From: the human T2T-CHM13v2.0 reference genome, Homo sapiens
Assembly (NCBI RefSeq): GCF_009914755.1
Contig: NC_060929.1
DNA length: 64,000 bases
Reading direction: 5' to 3' (one strand)
Shown: one piece after another, positions 60,820-64,000 of the stretch
Numbering within the stretch: position 1 is the first letter of the stretch
Layout of the letters: every line of letters begins with the position of its first letter
The notes under the pieces: model-generated
Database searches by the model: none
Seen by the model: the letters and a program-made list of their open reading frames with translations, nothing else
Told to the model about the DNA's origin: nothing
Program-made: the position numbers and the translations under genes

Positions 60820-62850
60820 TTGTGAAGGAACAAATTACATGTAGTAAAATGTACAAATCTTCAGTGCACAGCTTAATGACTTTTACACATGATCTCCTGT
60901 GACACCTCCCCCGAGGCCAAGATATAGAACATTCCTGTCATCCCTGAAGGTTCCCTTGTGTTCCTATCCGGTTAATACCTGCCTATGCTTTTCTCTCCGG
61001 ATATAATCACTGTTTTGACTTCTATTCCTATAGACTAGTTTTCCTGTTTTTGAATCTCATATGAATAGACTCCTACTACATGTGTCCTTTTCTGCCTGGC
61101 TTCATAATGTCTTGAGATCCACAAGTTGTGGTGTGAATCAGCCATTCATTCCTTTAAATTCCTTTTAATATTTCCATCCAAGTAATATTCCTTGGATGGA
61201 AACACCACAGTCTGTTTATCTGTCCCTTATTTGATGGGCATTTGGCTGGTTCCAGTTTTTGGCTATAATATTCTTGTACCAGTATCTTTGTGGACATAGG
61301 CACTCACTTTTCTGGATATTCCTAAGACTGGGATTGCTGGGCCATTGATGGGTCTACGTTTAACACTATAAGAGACTGCCAGCTGGGTGCGGTGCCTCAT
61401 GCCTGTAATCCCAGCACTTTGGGAGGCTGAGGCAGGTAGATCACTTGAAGTTAGGAGTTCAAGACCAGCCTGGCCAAAGTGGTGAAACCCTGTCTCTACC
61501 AAAAATACAAAAAAACTAGCCAGGCATGGTGGCACATGCCTGTAATCCCAGCTGCTCAGGAGGCTGAGGCAGGAAAATCGCTTGAACTTGGGAGGTGGAG
61601 GGAGGTTGCAGTAAGTCAAGATTGCACCACTACACTCCAGCCTGGGCAACAGAGCAAGACTCTGTCTCAAATAAATAAATAAATAAATAACAATAAAATA
61701 AAATAAAAAGAACTGCCAAAGAGTTTTCCAAAGTTGTTGTACCATTCATGCCGCCGCCAGGAGCAAATGAGAGTTCCAGTTGCTTCGCTGACTTGTAACA
61801 CTTGGGCTTGTCTGTTGTTCTTAATTTTATCTACTCTGCTGGGTGGATAGTGATTGCCATTGTGGTCTTAATTTCCATTTTCCTGGTGACTAATGATATT
61901 GAGGCCCCCTTCATGTGCTTATGGGCTGCTTGAACATCTTTATTTGTGAAATGCCTGTTCAAGTCTTTTGCTCATTTTTGGCTTTGCTATCTGTACCAAA
62001 TTTAATCATAACTGACTTATCCCCAAGCCATCTGAGAGAACCATGCAATGATCACCTGCAGCCCCTCCTGTCCCCACCTCCTGGTGGGGCTGGCTGCTGT
62101 CTCCACCACTGCACAGCTGCACGTTCTGGGACCCTGCCCTCTTTCCTGGGCTGGATCTCTGCTTCCTGAATCAGATTATGTCTTAGCCAGTGTACTTCAT
62201 TTTTGGTGGAGCACAGTCCCAGGAGCTCCATGCAAAAGGATATTTGAGAAGGAAATGTTTTGAGACCTTCCATGCCTGAAATACATCTTGATAGTAGCCC
62301 ACTTGATTGATGATCTGACTAGGTTTAGAATTATTTTCCCTTGGCAGGCTGAAACATTGAGCCTCTGGCTTTGGGCTTCCAAAGTTGCTGTTGAGAAGTC
62401 TGATGCCATACTGATTCTTGATCCTTCTTATGTGACTTTTTCCCTGCTCCAGGAACCTTTTGGGATTTTCCTCTTTACCAGTAGGAGTTTCAAAATTTCA
62501 CAAGAATGTGTCTTGTTGGGAAACTTTTCATTGACTGCCTTGGGTTCTCTGCAGGCCTTTTACATCTGGAATCTCTTACCATTCAGTTCTGTACTATTAT
62601 TTCTTAGATAATTTTCTCTCTACCATTTTCTCTGTTCCTTCATTCTAATGTTCTTACTACTTGGGTGTTAAATCTCCTAGACTGATCCTCTGACTTTCTT
62701 ATCTTTTTCCTTCCATGGCCCATCTCTTTCTGAGAGATTTTCTCAAATTGATCTTCCAACTGTTTTATTGTATTTTTTATTTTTTCTCTCTTATTCTAAT
62801 TTTCAGGAACTCTTGTTTGGTTTCCTGAATATTCTTCTTCATATCCCCCT
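60820..62850 (-). mobile_element. Old L1M fragments interrupted by AluS (61381-61709, plus)
   Basis: caagatatagaacatt, ttgatgggcatttggctggttccagttttt, gagagttccagttgct, gctgttgagaagtctgatgcca. Confidence 0.75.
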
Positions 62851-64000
62851 AAGAAATGGGATGACCATGAATAGCTTAGATGCACCTGTGAATGTGGGCA
62901 GGAGGCCTGCGAGGGCCAGGCTGGTGAAGCCCTTGAGTGAAGTGGACAGGGTAGGAGACAATACGGAGTGGTGGGGACTGTGTTGAACTGGAATGTGGGC
63001 TCAGTATTGGCAGATGTTTTCATTCTTGAAAAGATGCTGCAAATTTGGATTTTTGTGGCTTGCACTTGCTTGCAACGAATCTGGTGTTTAAAAAATCAAC
63101 ACGTAAGTCAAACAAAACACACTTACAGGCACTATTTGGCCTATGAGCCACCATTTTGTCCCCCCCCAACCCACCCCAGGTATGGACCCTACAGTGTGCA
63201 AATGAGTGTTCCATTCCTTCTGTTTTTTCTTTCTTACAACAACTCTGTGAAGCCTCTTGCCAGAGATCTTGTCACGTGTAGAACCTGTCTCAGGAACTAA
63301 GCATAGTGTTCTGTTTAAAGGTTTTGTTTTTGTTTTTGTTTTTTTTTTCCAAAAAAGCGTTGACCTCAGGTAGCCATGGTGTGTGCTGCTCATATCTCCC
63401 TGCTGTGAAGAATGAGATTTGCTCACAGCTTCCAGCTGCCCCACTGTCAGGGCCCCTGACGGTGTCCCTGCTGAGCCACCCTCTTCCCAGGCTGCTCCCA
63501 GCAGTGACTGAGCACCTAGAGGTGCTGGAGCAGGGCCTCCATCTGTCCAGCACAGGCCTCACGTTTCACTCTGGGGCTCCCCATCATCCTGGCAGGGACT
63601 TTTGGGGCTGAGCTGCAGTCCTGCCCAGCTCTCCTTCTGTCCCCTCTGTCCCTCCAAAAGTGTCAGAAAGCACCATGGGCCGAGGCTCTGCCTACCCACG
63701 CCTGTTCTTCGCATCATCCTTCATGGCGTTTCCCCTGCATTTAATTCTGCCTCTGCTTCCTAGAGGACCCTAACGGGCGCAGCTTTTGGGGCTCCAGGCT
63801 TGGAAATATAAGTATGGAGTGGCTTCCCTCTTGGCCTAACATGTTTGCTTAGACAAGTGGTGGTTGGAAAAGGAATCTCAGGACATTCAAGGTTGGCAGG
63901 GAGGGGCCTCAGAGGGCAGCCGGCCCCATTCCTTCTGCACAGCTGCAGCCATTAGGAGGCCGAGGACGTCCCCACCAGGTGCTGGTGACCATCTGGAGGG

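Overview
Human genomic DNA, as indicated by an AluYg-type element and an L1HS-type 3' end. The window is Alu-rich and has no credible protein-coding exons: the long ORFs come from Alu, L1 or simple repeats, or are chance ORFs in GC-rich DNA. It begins at the edge of a CpG-rich island and contains a second CpG island (~37.8-38.3 kb), a strong CTCF motif (~48.2 kb) and homeodomain/TALE motif clusters. I infer a regulatory intergenic or lncRNA-intronic region; the locus cannot be named from sequence alone. Roughly 40 Alus, plus MIR, L2, L1, MaLR/ERVL LTRs and MER DNA transposons fill much of it. Retroposed RNAs include a hY3 pseudogene, a tailless 5S rRNA pseudogene and a probable mRNA 3'-UTR retrocopy carrying a FAM. 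The most notable structures are: a young L1 with a perfect 46-bp fold-back palindrome at its 5' junction; a near-perfect 338-bp microhomology-flanked tandem duplication beside an inverted Alu pair; a polypyrimidine-AG-6nt-GTAAGA splice module enclosed in a perfect 13-bp hairpin; a young AluYg5b3-like insertion; and two apparent templated insertions inside older repeats. I found no new multi-gene system. Repeat subfamily names come from recalled consensus sequences, and boundaries of old repeats are approximate.
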